Origin: Octopus bimaculoides
Taxonomy: Eukaryota
Direction: 5' to 3'
NCBI RefSeq assembly: GCF_001194135.2
Contig: NC_068992.1
Location: 5,917,520-5,981,376 of the forward strand
Length of the DNA: 63,857 nt
A program made the translations under genes and the position numbers. A model generated the notes under the pieces. It had not been told where the DNA came from, made no database searches, and saw only the letters and a program-made list of their open reading frames with translations. The first letter of the stretch is position 1. Every line of letters begins with the position of its first letter. Shown piece by piece: positions 38,795 to 52,653 of this stretch.

Positions 38795-40731
38795 NNNNNN
38801 NNNNTATATATATGCATTTATATTTATGTATATCTATTCTATAAATATATATACATGTATGTGTGTGTGCGTGCGTGTGTGTATATTTGTATATATATAT
38901 ATAATATATACACATATATATTATATGTATATGAAAACTAACATACACACACGCACCCCCCCCCACACACACACATATAACGTTATACGTCCATTTCTGT
39001 ATCCAAGCATGTACACACTTGTGTATCAATATGCGTATATGCGTCAATGGTTGTATGCTTCTGTGTATATATACCTACACATAACAACACATGCAATTAT
39101 AAACTCAGATATGTTTGGTTTATGTGAGTGCTCAATACTGTAAACAAGACCAAATCTCACGCATATGAATATAGACAGATTATATATATATATGATATGG
39201 GTGGCTTCTTTGCAATTTTTCAACGTTAGGGGCAGCAATATATACGTCACTGGTGACACAGGGCACTGTTCAGCACCAATGTTACTAGAAATAAGAGTCA
39301 GACCAACCCAATAGTCACGAACGCAACTATCTAAATGACTGACAAGGGTTGCAAGATCCCTACAGAAATTTATGGAAGCCTGTAATAGCAAACGACCCAT
39401 GTTAAGAATCGAAGTATCTAAGCGCTAACTTTTCTACAAATAACTACAAGCCCTAAATCTTTTGATAAAGGTCATCCTCCGCTAATAGAAGTGACGCAAT
39501 TTATATATATATTGTCTGTACACATGTTGCAATGTATTCTCTAATTATATATACCTTGCTGTATACTGATATCCACTATAGTCTTTAATCCCTGTTCTCC
39601 CAATTCTAACACACAGTTTAATCGTCGAAATATAGCAAGCAACATGTTGCGCCCTTTCGCACAGTGATTTCGTATTTTACCAATTTTTGCTTTTTTATAT
39701 CATATACATGTCACGAATAAAATATGGAGATAACGGGCAATAGCACAGACTATATATAATAGTATTATTTCTTGAGCCACTCCAGTACTTGTCTTTGTTT
39801 CTAGCTCCAAACAGTAATTTTTGTGTTGGTTTTTCTTAATATTTCTCCATTATAGACATGAGCGTTAAAATATCATCTATTATGTGTGCTTCGTATATAT
39901 ATCCAATGTCAATCTAGGAATAATGCAAAATGATGTTTATATGGATAGATTGGATAGGTCTGTGATGTTTTTAAAATAAGAAGTACTTCTGTGAAGGTTT
40001 AGACTGTATGTCTCACAGATAATTTGCAGAAATGATATATTGTACTAAATACTATAGACGATGAGGTAGATATATAATTCTGCCATGGGAGAACGCGACA
40101 TGCAATCTCAAAGAATTCTAAATACTTATAATCTTGGTAGAAGACAGGAAAAGAGAATGATAATAAAATGTGCTAATATACTAGTAACCGCGTAGCATAT
40201 TGTCAGTATATTTGGCTGCTAATAAAGTAGGAAGTCTTACATTTGGTTGCAGTCGAGAATCATGGTGTAGCAGCTGCAATTTTTCATGTCATCACAAGAA
40301 TATCAGAAATTCTAACTTCGTAACAGAGATACTTAACAATTAACACTTGTTGACAATTAATGCTACAAAAAAGATTTCGCTATCTCCTCCAGACGTATTG
40401 GCTACCGCAGTTTTAACATATACTTATTCAAAAACACACACACACAAACACAGATAGAGACACATACACTATACATATCTATTCATTCGTACAATTCATT
40501 TGATATATAAAGTATGAGAGTATCTCTATACGAGTATGCATTCGCAAACACGCAAAATATAAACATATATGTCTATCTATATGTGCTTATATATACACAT
40601 ATACACATGCAGGCACGCACATACATATGTAGAAATACGCACATGCACACACACTCACATACACATATACATATTTATGTATATTTTTATGTCTTCCATA
40701 TAGATACGTTACATTTGTTATGGGTTTTCTT

Positions 40732-40767
<36 letters not shown>

Positions 40768-40768
<1 letters not shown>

Positions 40769-41028
40769 GAGGATCGCAGTTTCGGTTCCCAGACCGAGCA
40801 TTGTGTGTATTTATTGAGCGAAAACACCTAAGCCCCACGAGGCTCCGACAGGGGGTGGTGGTATCCCCTGTTGTACTCTTTCGCCCCAACTTTCTCTCAC
40901 TCTTTCTTTCTGTTTCTTGAGTAAAAGCTGCGATGAAACGGCGTCCCGTCCAGCTGGGTGGGGGGAACAGACGCCATGGAAACCGGAAAACCGGCCCTGT
41001 GCTCCGCAAGGGGCAAAAAGGATAAAAA
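40768..41028 (+). mobile_element. SINE family B with an alternative (V-domain-like) 3' module; runs into a gap
   Basis: 40768-40917 matches the reverse complement of 50635-50790. After ctgtttct it switches to gctgcgatgaaacggcgtcccgtccagctgg...gccatggaaaccggaaaaccggccc. Confidence 0.85.
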
Positions 41029-42265
41029 NNNNNNNNNNNNNNNNNNNNNNNNNNNNNNNNNNNNNNNNNNNNNNNNNNNNNNNNNNNNNNNNNNNNNNNN
41101 NNNNNNNNNNNNNNNNNNNNNNNNNNNNNNNNNNNNNNNNNNNNNNNNNNNNNNNNNNNNNNNNNNNNNNNNNNNNNNNNNNNNNNNNNNNNNNNNNNNN
41201 NNNNNNNNNNNNNNNNNNNNNNNNNNNNNNNNNNNNNNNNNNNNNNNNNNNNNNNNNNNNNNNNNNNNNNNNNNNNNNNNNNNNNNNNNNNNNNNNNNNN
41301 NNNNNNNNNNNNNNNNNNNNNNNNNNNNNNNNNNNNNNNNNNNNNNNNNNNNNNNNNNNNNNNNNNNNNNNNNNNNNNNNNNNNNNNNNNNNNNNNNNNN
41401 NNNNNNNNNNNNNNNNNNNNNNNNNNNNNNNNNNNNNNNNNNNNNNNNNNNNNNNNNNNNNNNNNNNNNNNNNNNNNNNNNNNNNNNNNNNNNNNNNNNN
41501 NNNNNNNNNNNNNNNNNNNNNNNNNNNNNNNNNNNNNNNNNNNNNNNNNNNNNNNNNNNNNNNNNNNNNNNNNNNNNNNNNNNNNNNNNNNNNNNNNNNN
41601 NNNNNNNNNNNNNNNNNNNNNNNNNNNNNNNNNNNNNNNNNNNNNNNNNNNNNNNNNNNNNNNNNNNNNNNNNNNNNNNNNNNNNNNNNNNNNNNNNNNN
41701 NNNNNNNNNNNNNNNNNNNNNNNNNNNNNNNATATATATATATATATTTATATATATATATATATATTCCCGTATAATTCACGTGATAAAACTTTCGTGT
41801 TAAACTTATGAATATTTAAATTCTAGACATGTATATTGCAAGAGTATACAATATAAATTTCTTCTTCTCAATGATTGTTCTGACAGATATATTGAAATAA
41901 GTTTACGTAATATAAATAATTGATCAATCCTATTTAGCTGTAGCCCAACTGTGGTTCGAATATATGTAAGTTAAGTCATTTACAACTGAAGGATATAAAG
42001 AATATAACAAGGTATCACCTTCGTGTCAACAATACACAATTCAGTATGAGGAACCGTAAAATAAATGCATAGGTCTATAATTAAAGCTCTATGAATGTTC
42101 ATTAATGTCATATCTGCAATATGCATGTCGCCATTTTGGAAGGTCTCAGTTTTCTACTAGTTATAATTATAGAAACGTTTGTAAAGTATATTCCCTCAAA
42201 GTTATTAATAACAAAGTAGGGAACCATGAATAATTCAAGTTATCAACGTGTAAATATTATGATCA

Positions 42266-42618
42266 GCTGTGACTATGTGGTAAGAAGATTCCTTCCCAAT
42301 CACATGGTTCCGGGTTCTGTCTCACTGTGTGGCACCATGAGCAATTGTCTTCTACTATAGCCTTGGGTCGATCAAAGACTTTTAACTGGATTCTGTAGAC
42401 GGGAACTGAAAGAAAAGCGTTGTGTATATGTGCATGTGTGNNNNNNNNNNGATGTGTTTGCGTACCCGCAACTTAGCAGGTCGGCAAAAGAGATAGAGAC
42501 AATAAGTAGCAGGCTTAAAAAGTAAAAAAAAATATATACTTGGGTCGATTCATTATTGAAGGTGGCGCTCCAGCATGGCCGCATTCTGATGACTGAAACA
42601 AGTAAAGGAATAAAAAAA
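42266..42618 (+). mobile_element. SINE family A, near full-length (10-N gap inside its microsatellite)
   Basis: tRNA-like head tgtggtaagaag...ggttccgggttc, then ggcacc.tgagcaa.tgtcttctactatagcc, gtagacgggaactgaaagaa, a (TG) tract, and the tail ggtggcgctccagcatggccgca..tgactgaaacaagtaaa. Confidence 0.9.
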
Positions 42619-43736
42619 ACATATAATATGCAACATTGCTAACAAATATGTCCCTTTGTGTGTAATTGTCTAGAAATATTTGGTACGATTGCATCTACTT
42701 TTGTTGCTAAGTTGAAAGAAAAATGCAGTACGGGGAATAGCAAATACTATGTCGGTTTGATAGGAATCTGTTAGATCCTCGCAAAGATGATTCAAAAAAA
42801 TTAATATATCTGAATATGTGGCGTCCTTTAATACGTAATATATAATCTTATTCTTTACAGTAAGACGTTTTGTAAACATTGATCTTAAAGCAATAATCTT
42901 AAATCTCGAAAACATATACAGAGCGAATATTACTGTGTCTAATTACGCCATAATAACAACTTACACGCCTAAATGATATCCATCCAGTGCTTTTAAAGAT
43001 AATTCTTCTATCTCGTTAGTAAAAAAAACTATAGATATGAAATTATTTACCGATTAACCAAGAAAGAAAGAGCAGAACCAGTAACAGATTGTTTACATTT
43101 TCTTCGAGACAAGCAGGGAAGAATTTTTTTTCTTTTTTTGTAACCAGAGAGTAGCCTCAAATTCTAGCAATGGAATATATTTGCTGTAAACGAGCTTTTA
43201 CGGTTTGGTATTGTTAAATTTGGTTCAAGATATAACACATGAACTTAAAATGTCAATTCGCAGAGCAAATACCATGCGTCGATGCTCATCTATCGAAGTA
43301 CTGAACATTTTATTTTATCGATCATGTAATGACCAAAGAAGAGAAGCAATATATAGACACAAACACATAACCACCCGTTGACCACATAGTAACCGAAAAC
43401 AAACAAAAAACATATCAACTTAATTGCAANNNNNNNNNNNNNNNNNNNNNNNNNNNNNNNNNNNNNNNNNNNNNNNNNNNNNNNNNNNNNNNNNNNNNNN
43501 NNNNNNNNNNNNNNNNNNNNNNNNNNNNNNNNNNNNNNNNNNNNNNNNNNNNNNNNNNNNNNNNNNNNNNNNNNNNNNNNNNNNNNNNNNNNNNNNNNNN
43601 NNNNNNNNNNNNNNNNNNNNNNNNNNNNNNNNNNNNNNNNNNNNNNNNNNNNNNNNNNNNNNNNNNNNNNNNNNNNNNNNNNNNNNNNNNNNNNNNNNNN
43701 NNNNNNNNNNNNNNNNNNNNNNNNNNNNNNNNNNNN

Positions 43737-43779
<43 letters not shown>

Positions 43780-43867
43780 ATGATGGTAAACTCGTGAAAG
43801 TAAAAACTATATTTACTGATGAGAACGGCGATACATTGATACGTACGATGCGCGTGAGTTGTGGAGG

Positions 43868-44018
43868 TATGCAGTTAAGTGTTTAGCTTATTCGACTCAT
43901 GATCATTGTACCCGCAATTTATAGTCAAGTTTGTCATGCTTGATCTTTCCACGATTATGCTGCTCCGTCGATTTGATCAACTGGTAAAAATCGTCGTCGT
44001 AACCGACCGAGTGCCTGT
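43868..44018 (+). mobile_element. SINE family B 3' end, degenerate
   Basis: gatcaactgg....tcgtcgtcgtaaccgaccgagtgcc matches the reverse complement of 50449-50500. Confidence 0.65.
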
Positions 44019-46444
44019 TTGTGTCTGTGTGTTACAATTCTAAATCTTTTCATAAATGTGTTTATAAAAAGAGAAAAAATAATTAAAACTATATTTCTAT
44101 TTTCCAACCCGACATCTTGTTTACATTTTCACCCATTTTCTGCATATCTCATTCAGTATATCCACCGGAGCAAGACAATTTACACACATAAAGAGAGAAT
44201 GAATCAAAAATAAAATTCTAAAGAAATTGAGAATCTATTCAGTTCTTTGCACGATTGAACATACTTGAAAAACTGCACGAAAGAATTTGTCAAAGGGTCG
44301 TGTTATTTTTCTCCGGACTTTCTTTTAAATGTACACAAGTGAATTAATCAAGTTATAAAGTTCCGAAGTGGAAGGCGAAGGAATGTTTGTACCAATTAAA
44401 TTCTATTTTGTGCAGTAAATATATGGAAGAATCACATTTTTTTTTCATACAACTGATTTATCAAAAGTGAAAACAGAATGAATCACACAGTGACACCGTT
44501 TGTTTTATGAGCAGAAACAGATGGACAGTAGTATGGCCCTGTTCTTTTTCAATATTTTCAGTAACCCCAATGACCTCTTACATATGAAGAGTCAGTATCT
44601 GTGAAGAATCATTTCTTATAAAACAAAAACAAAAAAAGATTTTTCTCTTTTTCTAAACGAAAAACTTTCATATCCTAATAAAATGAAAAGCTTAAGAAAA
44701 CATCCGATTTATTTATATTTTTAAAAATTCTTTTACGTAAATTTCTTATATGTTTATTTTGAAATAATATAACTTGATTGAAGTGTATTTCAGAATTTCT
44801 GCCTAAGATTTTGACATCATTAACTATGTACACAGAGACTAATTTCTTACAGTCAGAAGTTGATATCTAATGTTAATCTTGTTTGCTGAGAAGCCAGCTG
44901 TGTTTAAATAAAATATTAGAGGAAATAGCATAATTAAGAACAGTAAGAAACGGTTAAACAACACACTTTATTTTACTCAATAGGTCAATTCAAAGATAAA
45001 ATATAAAAATCAACGTTGATAAACGATGAAAAGTAATATAACAAAACATTAAGGAAAAAAAAACAGAAATTTTTCAGCATGAAGCATTTATCAAGAAATG
45101 TATGAGGAAATTTAATGAAAATGTGTATTTTACAAGAGAAATAATTAGCCAAGTAAATGGTTCAGATATATTTATTTTAGACAGAGTTGACATTCTTGAT
45201 TGCCACATTACGCTCCAAGTCCGATGTATATGCGATTACGTGAACGTGTCTACATACATTTACACGAGGAAGCACAGACAAATACACCGGCACAGACACA
45301 CAGCAATTTATATATTAACAGAACTCCGTTTGCACATACACACACAGAGACACTTACAGAAAGTGTACACACATACATGCAATCACATACACTCACACAC
45401 ATAAACACACTTTCACAGGCATATATATATATATGTATATATATCTTAAATACATACTAAAGACACAACGCATATAGAACTCCAATCCACATATTTACCA
45501 ACGCACTCACACCAATTCATATATTCATATAATCACATGTGATGTCAAACACACATCACTGACACATAAGCTCAATTCTATATGCTCTTATACAGTAACA
45601 CACACATATCAATTTATATATCCACATAAACATAGCTACTCACAGATTACTGTATTTCCATATACACATACACACGTGTTAATGTTAATACTTCAACACA
45701 ATTTCATATATGCGCATTCCCACATTTACAATCACGATGAGTCTTTTTTTCTTTTCTTTTCTGGATGTACACATGTTCATGATATTTAATTATAATTGTA
45801 TTGCTTTTAACTACCGACGTTTAAAAGCTGAGATCTTAGCATGCCAGCAGAATGGCAACCTAAAAGCTGTTTTGCTAAATTATCGTTGCAAGTTCAATGC
45901 TGCCCTTTTGTGACTTAATAAAATAAAACAAAAATAAGACAATAAACCTCCAAACGCACGGCATCACGTTACTGCCACGTACGATTGAAATTTGCCTTGA
46001 AACAAATACGCTATTTAAAGAGAAATTCTGAACTGAATAGTAATGTTTGATCAGCTGTGTTCCTTCTTAAGCAAGGCGTAATCAAAAGGAGCTGAGCAAA
46101 GAAATATGCCATAGCATTGTATCGTGTTTGTGTACTGGATACATAAACATGTTTAAGATATTTAAAGCCAAGTAAACGTTATATATGCACCTGTATTCAT
46201 CACTGTTTAATACTCAGCATTTTTATATCTTTGTTATGTGGAAAGCATGCTGAAATGACCAATGTTTAAGTAGGATGGGTTTGACCAATTGAAAGGAGAC
46301 AACTGGGTAATTAATTTCAAAACAAAAGGATGGTCATTTTTACTTAAGATGACAATGAAGTAAGCATAAATAAAAATTATTGATATTTTCACAAAAATCT
46401 TGATTTAATGTTATATTGGTGTATCGGGCAGTTAATTACCGCAA

Positions 46445-46484
<40 letters not shown>

Positions 46485-46499
46485 CAAATTTGTTGTTGA

Positions 46500-47010
46500 A
46501 AATGAACCTAGGTTTGAAAAACTTGTAAATGTTTAAATTAAATTTATTTACAAAAATACGAAACTATTTTCAACAAATTTCTTTGTTTATGAATGGTTGA
46601 TTTTCTTAAGGGTCATTTTGTTGTATTTGCTAAAGTTCGGTTTTTATTGGTCTAGATTTAGGTGACGTCAGCAAATGGTGTTTGTAAGTTTCATTGGTCT
46701 AGAAATAGGTGACGTCGGCAACTGGTATTTGTATGGTGTTATTGTATGGTGATTTGGAGTTGCGGTTTCGAAGATCTTTCCTTAAGATTTTAAAATTGTT
46801 CCTAGTTGTCTTTTTTTTGTGGAGAAATTGAGTCTTTTTTCCCTTTTTCTCTTTAGTGGATTGTCTTCTTTCTAAAGGATATTCTGCTGTGGTTTGTACT
46901 TTTTAATAAGCATGCTTTCTTTAGTTAAATGAATTGGGTTGAAATGTTTCTGGTGCATTGATATATAGGAACGATTTGGTATTACGGTATTGCATGGTAT
47001 TTCCTATCTT
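46500..47010 (-). mobile_element. Penelope-like element fragment (post-RT region) with an internal 47-bp-period duplication
   Basis: Minus-strand remnant KHHLLTSPKSRPI resembles my recollection of the PLE linker KRQPKNLK.LLT. Direct repeat units at 46646-46686 and 46693-46733. Confidence 0.45.
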
Positions 47011-50000
47011 AGCAAATATTCATAGAAATTAGCTGTGTCTGCCTCAAACAGAAACCAGTGTGAAGCCAAGTTCATTGTGCAGAGTATTTTTAACTCTGTC
47101 ATGATTGATGCTAGTAGCATTGGTTGCTAGATTTATAGGCAATCGCCTGTCATCCATGACCAAGTGGTGAACACGATCGAAGATTCCCTCGGTGATTGCA
47201 ACTACAAGATGTTCAAATGTTGGGTAAAATCCAACCCTCAGCTGAATACTTTTGCACTGTTGTTAAAGCTGGGGTGTCGTCTCCTAATGTATCACCCATG
47301 TCGGCATTAATGTCCTTAGGGACTAAAGCCTTTTATACAAACGTACTTTGAAATCTTATTTCAAAAGATTTTATTTTGCTTGGACCGAGAGTATGCAGTT
47401 ATTAGTAAGAAGAAATAGAATTAATGCTTGCAAGATTTCATTATTCCAGTATCACACCTTCATAGGTGCACCATGAACTTCCCAACCCACAATCGTACAT
47501 AGCTACTAGAAATATTTAGAAGAAACTTAAATTTTCCGTCTGTCAAAGATTTTTATGAATATTTCAAAAACTCGAACACTAATGTAAATTTATTTATTTA
47601 TATTTCAGCGTCTTACATTTATTTTTATAATTACAGTTTCATTTAGTATTAATTATTGAAATAAAATTGTAGTTGTAACCCATTACTCATACAAACTCCC
47701 ACGCAGCAATTATGATATAATTCTAAATATATAGCTGCAGAAATTAAAACATCAACAACCCCACCTATTTTCATAGTGTTAAGTAAAATATAAGTTCATT
47801 TACTTTTCGTAATATCGTTTTTTGTCACAAACATTTCTTTGAAAATAATGTTGAAAGTGAAATTAAACAAATAAACAAGCCATACATTGTCTAGACTAAT
47901 TGAGTTGTGATTGATTGACTTTTTGCGACATGTTGAGGTGTGACTTTTATTGTACACTGAAGAGTACACAGAGCTCATTATGTATTTTCATTCATCCTTC
48001 TATATTATTACTAGCAATTTTTATCCTTTTATTTTCACGTTTATCTTTTTTTCATGAGAGGCAAAAAATCTTCGCTCACATTTCTCTCATGTTTTCAATG
48101 ATAATTAAAAACAGAATTGAGTGTGTATTCGACAGAAAAACAGAACAAGATATAATGTAACTAATCATCAGAAGACATTTCTCCTTTACTTTATTGAGTG
48201 TATTTTTCACCAACTAAACTGCAATTAACAGTGTTAATATCTTTAAATTTGAATTGAGAGAATATTTGGAGTGTTGTGCAAAATACCTTCATGTATTTTG
48301 TCTTTCGTCTTGCTGTAGTCTAGATATGTATACCTATCAGTGATATACTGCGTTCACTCTAATGGATTGTATCCTCTTAAGCTACAACATGGCTCAAACT
48401 AAAGAAAATTAATATGTAAATTGAGCCAAAATATTTCAATTAATTTATGCTACATATTTTAGGACGCGGCTAATGTAATTTTCTTAATGATTTAATTTCA
48501 TCAAGAAATATAGTTTAAACAGTAACTCCCACATTAAAATTAATTAATTAAATTTTACTAGAATGCAATGGCGATACTTTGCGTAAGAGGACGAATAAGA
48601 ACAAAACATCTCCAGAATTGTCAAGCTGTTACGTCAGTTACAGTTTCTTCATAGTATTTATAATTTAATAAATTTTAATGACTTTTAGTTCTGGTGTAGT
48701 CTACACTGTCTTTTTCATACAGATTTGCTTATTAAAATAAGGTTGTACGTATAGATAGTTAAATTTTAGTCCACTATATTATAAAAGTTAATTTCTATCT
48801 TGCAACTATATTCGTAATGAATCCATTATTGAATTTTTCAAAAGATGCTGATGGCATGAAATATTATCTTCCCATGATCAAAAACGACATATAATTTTCT
48901 GCTTGGTACCTAAAATTTTTAATATGGAAAAGGACTCTAGCGCAACAAAATTTCGTTTTAATTTGTCATTGCTTAAAATTCGTTCAAGATTCAGAATTCT
49001 TAGAGCCTCTTAGAGTGCATGTATGCATTTGTTCTGAGTATTCACATCCTGAATCCTCATTTCCGGCCGTATGTTTAAGAAGTTCGCTTTGCAGCCACAC
49101 TACTTCGACTTGCGTACCACTTTGCAGAGCATTTTATTACAGCCCCGGGCACACCAATGTTTTGTGAGTAAATTTTGTAAAGGGGTGAAAATTCGTCGTG
49201 GATATTCTTAAACAAGCCAAATATTTTTTTTAAAGTTAAAGATATGATGTGTGTATATATGTGTGTGTGTGTATGTATGTGTGTGTGTACTTCTCCATCT
49301 CTCTTACTCTTTTTATCGCTATCTGTATATATTTGTCTCACTTTCATAATCACGTTTTGTTTCTCCCACACATATCAACATGCAATCATTCGTTGAAACG
49401 CATACTCAAATGTTGTGGTTCAAGTTCAAATTGCGGTCTATATTTCGCTTAATATTTTATACCGCAATGCACACGTGTATGAATATACGTATGTGTGCTG
49501 ACACCTATACATATGTGAATGAACGCGGTCAAATTACGCTCACTTTCATTTGTAAGTAATTTCCTGTTTTCCTTCACGCTCCCAATTGAACGGTTCGACC
49601 ATTCATGGATTATTTTCCTTTATCCCTCTCTCACCCTCCACTCTCACTCTCCATCTTACTTTCACTTTATATCTGTTTCTGTCTATGAACGTAAAATTTT
49701 TAGCAGAACATCTGATTAATGTAGAGCTTCTCTTTGTTAAGCTGGAGCGTGCGTCATATCAACTAATTTAATTAATTTTTGAGAGAAGTCAAAGTTTGTG
49801 GATGCGAGTAAAAATTAGGATTACGAAAAAAAAATAGTCAGTTGTTTTCCATTTGAATTTGCTATAAATTATGTTTCGATCATTAATGCTACAGAAAACA
49901 GATTGCTTTCTACATGAATAAATTTTCATCATGTTTAAGATATAAAATTGATTCTATAATATCTGCAGAATTTCCTGAACCTTGCAGTGAAACACACCAC

Positions 50001-50448
50001 TTCAGCATTGTTAAAAACCAAATGGTTCACAGTTCATATATTGATATGCACAGGAATTCACCTTGCATGGAAGACATCAAATACAGCAAATGATTCAAAA
50101 GGTGGTTTTTCAAGGCAGCTAAACAAATGAATTAGGTTAACCAGAGTAACAAGGGATGGGGTCGTCAACTCTTTGATTGTAGATTATGCAATTGACAATA
50201 AATGCGTGAAACCTGTCTGGAAAGTAAAGCAGCCGTGATGAAAATATTCATATATTAATTGTATGATATATATATATATATATATATATANNNNNNNNNN
50301 NNNNNNNNNNNNNNNNNNNNNNNNNNNNNNNNNNNNNNNNNNNNNNNNNNNNNNNNNNNNNNNNNNNNNNNNNNNNNNNNNNNNNNNNNNNNNNNNNNNN
50401 NNNNNNNNNNNNNNNNNNNNNNNNNTATGTATGTATGTATATATATTC

Positions 50449-50822
50449 GTGCCTCTCCATCGATTGCGTCGACGAGGATCCCAGTTGAACCGATCAACGG
50501 AACAGCCTGCCCGTGAAATTAACGTGCAAGTGGCTGAGCACTCCACAGACACGTGTACCCTTAACGTAGTTCTCGGGGTTATTCAGCGTCACACAGAGTG
50601 AGTCAAGTCTGGCCCGTTGAAATACAGGTACAACAGAAACTGTAAGAAAAAGTGAGAGAATATTGCGGTGAAAGAGTACAGCAAGGTTCGCTACCCCACC
50701 CCTGCCGGAACCTCTTGGAGCCTTAAGTGTTTTTTGTTCAAAAAACCCTCACAACGTCCGGTTTGGGGATCGAAACCGCCATCCTACGACTGCGAGTCCA
50801 CTGCCCTAACCACTGGGCCACA
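50449..50822 (-). mobile_element. SINE family B, full-length, tRNA-derived head
   Basis: The reverse complement starts tggcccagtggttagggcagtggactcgcagtcgtaggatggcggtttcgatcccc: A box TGGCCCAGTGG, B box GGTTTCGATCC. Well preserved body and tail. Confidence 0.93.
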
Positions 50823-51679
50823 GATATATATGTGTGAGTGTATATATTTATGCATGTGCGCACAGTAATATTTTCTGATTCATTTCTAAATGTAAATCTG
50901 GAAGTGAAAGTTAATTTCCCATAAGCTACGACAAATTTGTTTTGACACAAAATCTATAGGCTTCTAATTTTTACATAATTATTAGAATTACTTAGCTTCT
51001 CCATGTTTCATTTTCGTTTCTCTCCATTAAAATTACAAGTGGTACACTCGTTTAAATCTTTACTACTGTAATTACCAACAAGTGGCAATGCATTTACAAT
51101 ACAAAACGTCTAGACATAGTTCTTAGCTTTTTTATTAGTAATTTCCTCACTGTATAAAATTCTCACAAAAATCTCCCATTTTCCCAGTGAAAAATAACAA
51201 TTCAAAAATCTTTATGTCCAAGATCTTTCACAAAGATATTTATAACATAATAAAAGAACCTATTTTATTATCGATAATTTCACCAGTAACTAACCATTAA
51301 TGGGAATTTTACTCAAGAAAATTGCCAATTGATTCTGTGTCATTTAACAGTCATGTGTAAACGAAACAAAAGTGTATTTGAACATGATTCTATAGTTTAT
51401 GCCTACTTAAGGAAATATTTTATTCGTTTTGCTACAAATCTAGTGATTCAAGAACTGTTTTTACTCTTATTGATTGCTTATCTTCTTCTGTATGACGCAT
51501 TGTAATTATTTTAATATATTTGCATAGAATTACATTTTAGCAATGCAAATCGATGCAAGAAATCAACAGATGGTAATGATATTATAATTTGTTATTAAGT
51601 TACCCCAGTAGTATCAAATGGAGCGTTATATTTACATTTAAATATGTATTTCTTCGTAGCATCATAGAAGAAAACTGAA

Positions 51680-52030
51680 CTTCAACTATGGAAACTTATT
51701 GCAAGCATGTACACGAAGAGTTCTCTGTCGTTCGGTCAGCAAGACGACTATCGTGTAACGTGCTTGCGTAGTAGAACCTTGGAGTTTACGGTTTTTGTGG
51801 ATATACTCTCAGATATTTTCATAGTTAATCTTTCTTACGATTCTAATGAAGTTGCACGTGACTGTGGAAATGACATTTCTTATATATTGAAAATACCATT
51901 CAATAAAGAGTATCAGTGGAAGGGCAACAAAACGAGTGTGCAAAAAACAGAAGTGTTATGTGTATTCTCAGAAATATACTTTATATTGTTCCATTCAACC
52001 AGATCAGTTTGAGGTGTTTCTTGCCAAATG
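51680..52030 (+). mobile_element. Decayed RTE-like RT core remnant
   Basis: Open frame KLIASMYTKSSLS...LEFTVFVDILSDIF...LSYDSNEV...VQKTEVL follows the spacing of LI..MY...LF....D.L...YADD...N..KTE. The catalytic YADD is not intact. Confidence 0.4.
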
Positions 52031-52607
52031 TTCTTAGCACTGATATCATAGCATTTGTTGTGTAGGTAAGGATATATACACTGTTGTATATATGTTGCAT
52101 ATTCCTCAAAAAGGATATGCGTATATTAACATATATATATATATATATATATATGATGTTCAATACATATGTGTTTGTTTTCCTATGCACACAATCACAC
52201 AGTCATGCACACACGCACATACACACACGTATGTACATGCATCTTTATCTATCTATATGTATGTATATATATGTATATATATATATATATATNNNNNNNN
52301 NNNNNNNNNNNNNNNNNNNNNNNNNNNNNNNNNNNNNNNNNNNNNNNNNNNNNNNNNNNNNNNNNNNNNNNNNNNNNNNNNNNNNNNNNNNNNNNNNNNN
52401 NNNNNNNNNNNNNNNNNNNNNNNNNNNNNNNNNNNNNNNNNNNNNNNNNNNNNNNNNNNNNNNNNNNNNNNNNNNNNNNNNNNNNNNNNNNNNNNNNNNN
52501 NNNNNNNNNNNNNNNNNNNNNNNNNNNNNNNNNNNNNNNNNNNNNNNNNNNNNNNNNNNNNNTGAGAGTTAATGTGAATGTTAAGATGTGCTTTTGTGTG
52601 TTTGTGT

Positions 52608-52653
<46 letters not shown>

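Noticed and set aside
49060-49170. Exon-like frame EVRFAATLLRLAYHFAEHFITAPGTPMF ending at gtgagt
   Set aside because: Weak acceptor, no homology recognised, and expected by chance.
50755-50822. tRNA gene
   Set aside because: It has A and B boxes but continues into a SINE body shared with other copies, so it is a tRNA-derived SINE head, not a tRNA.
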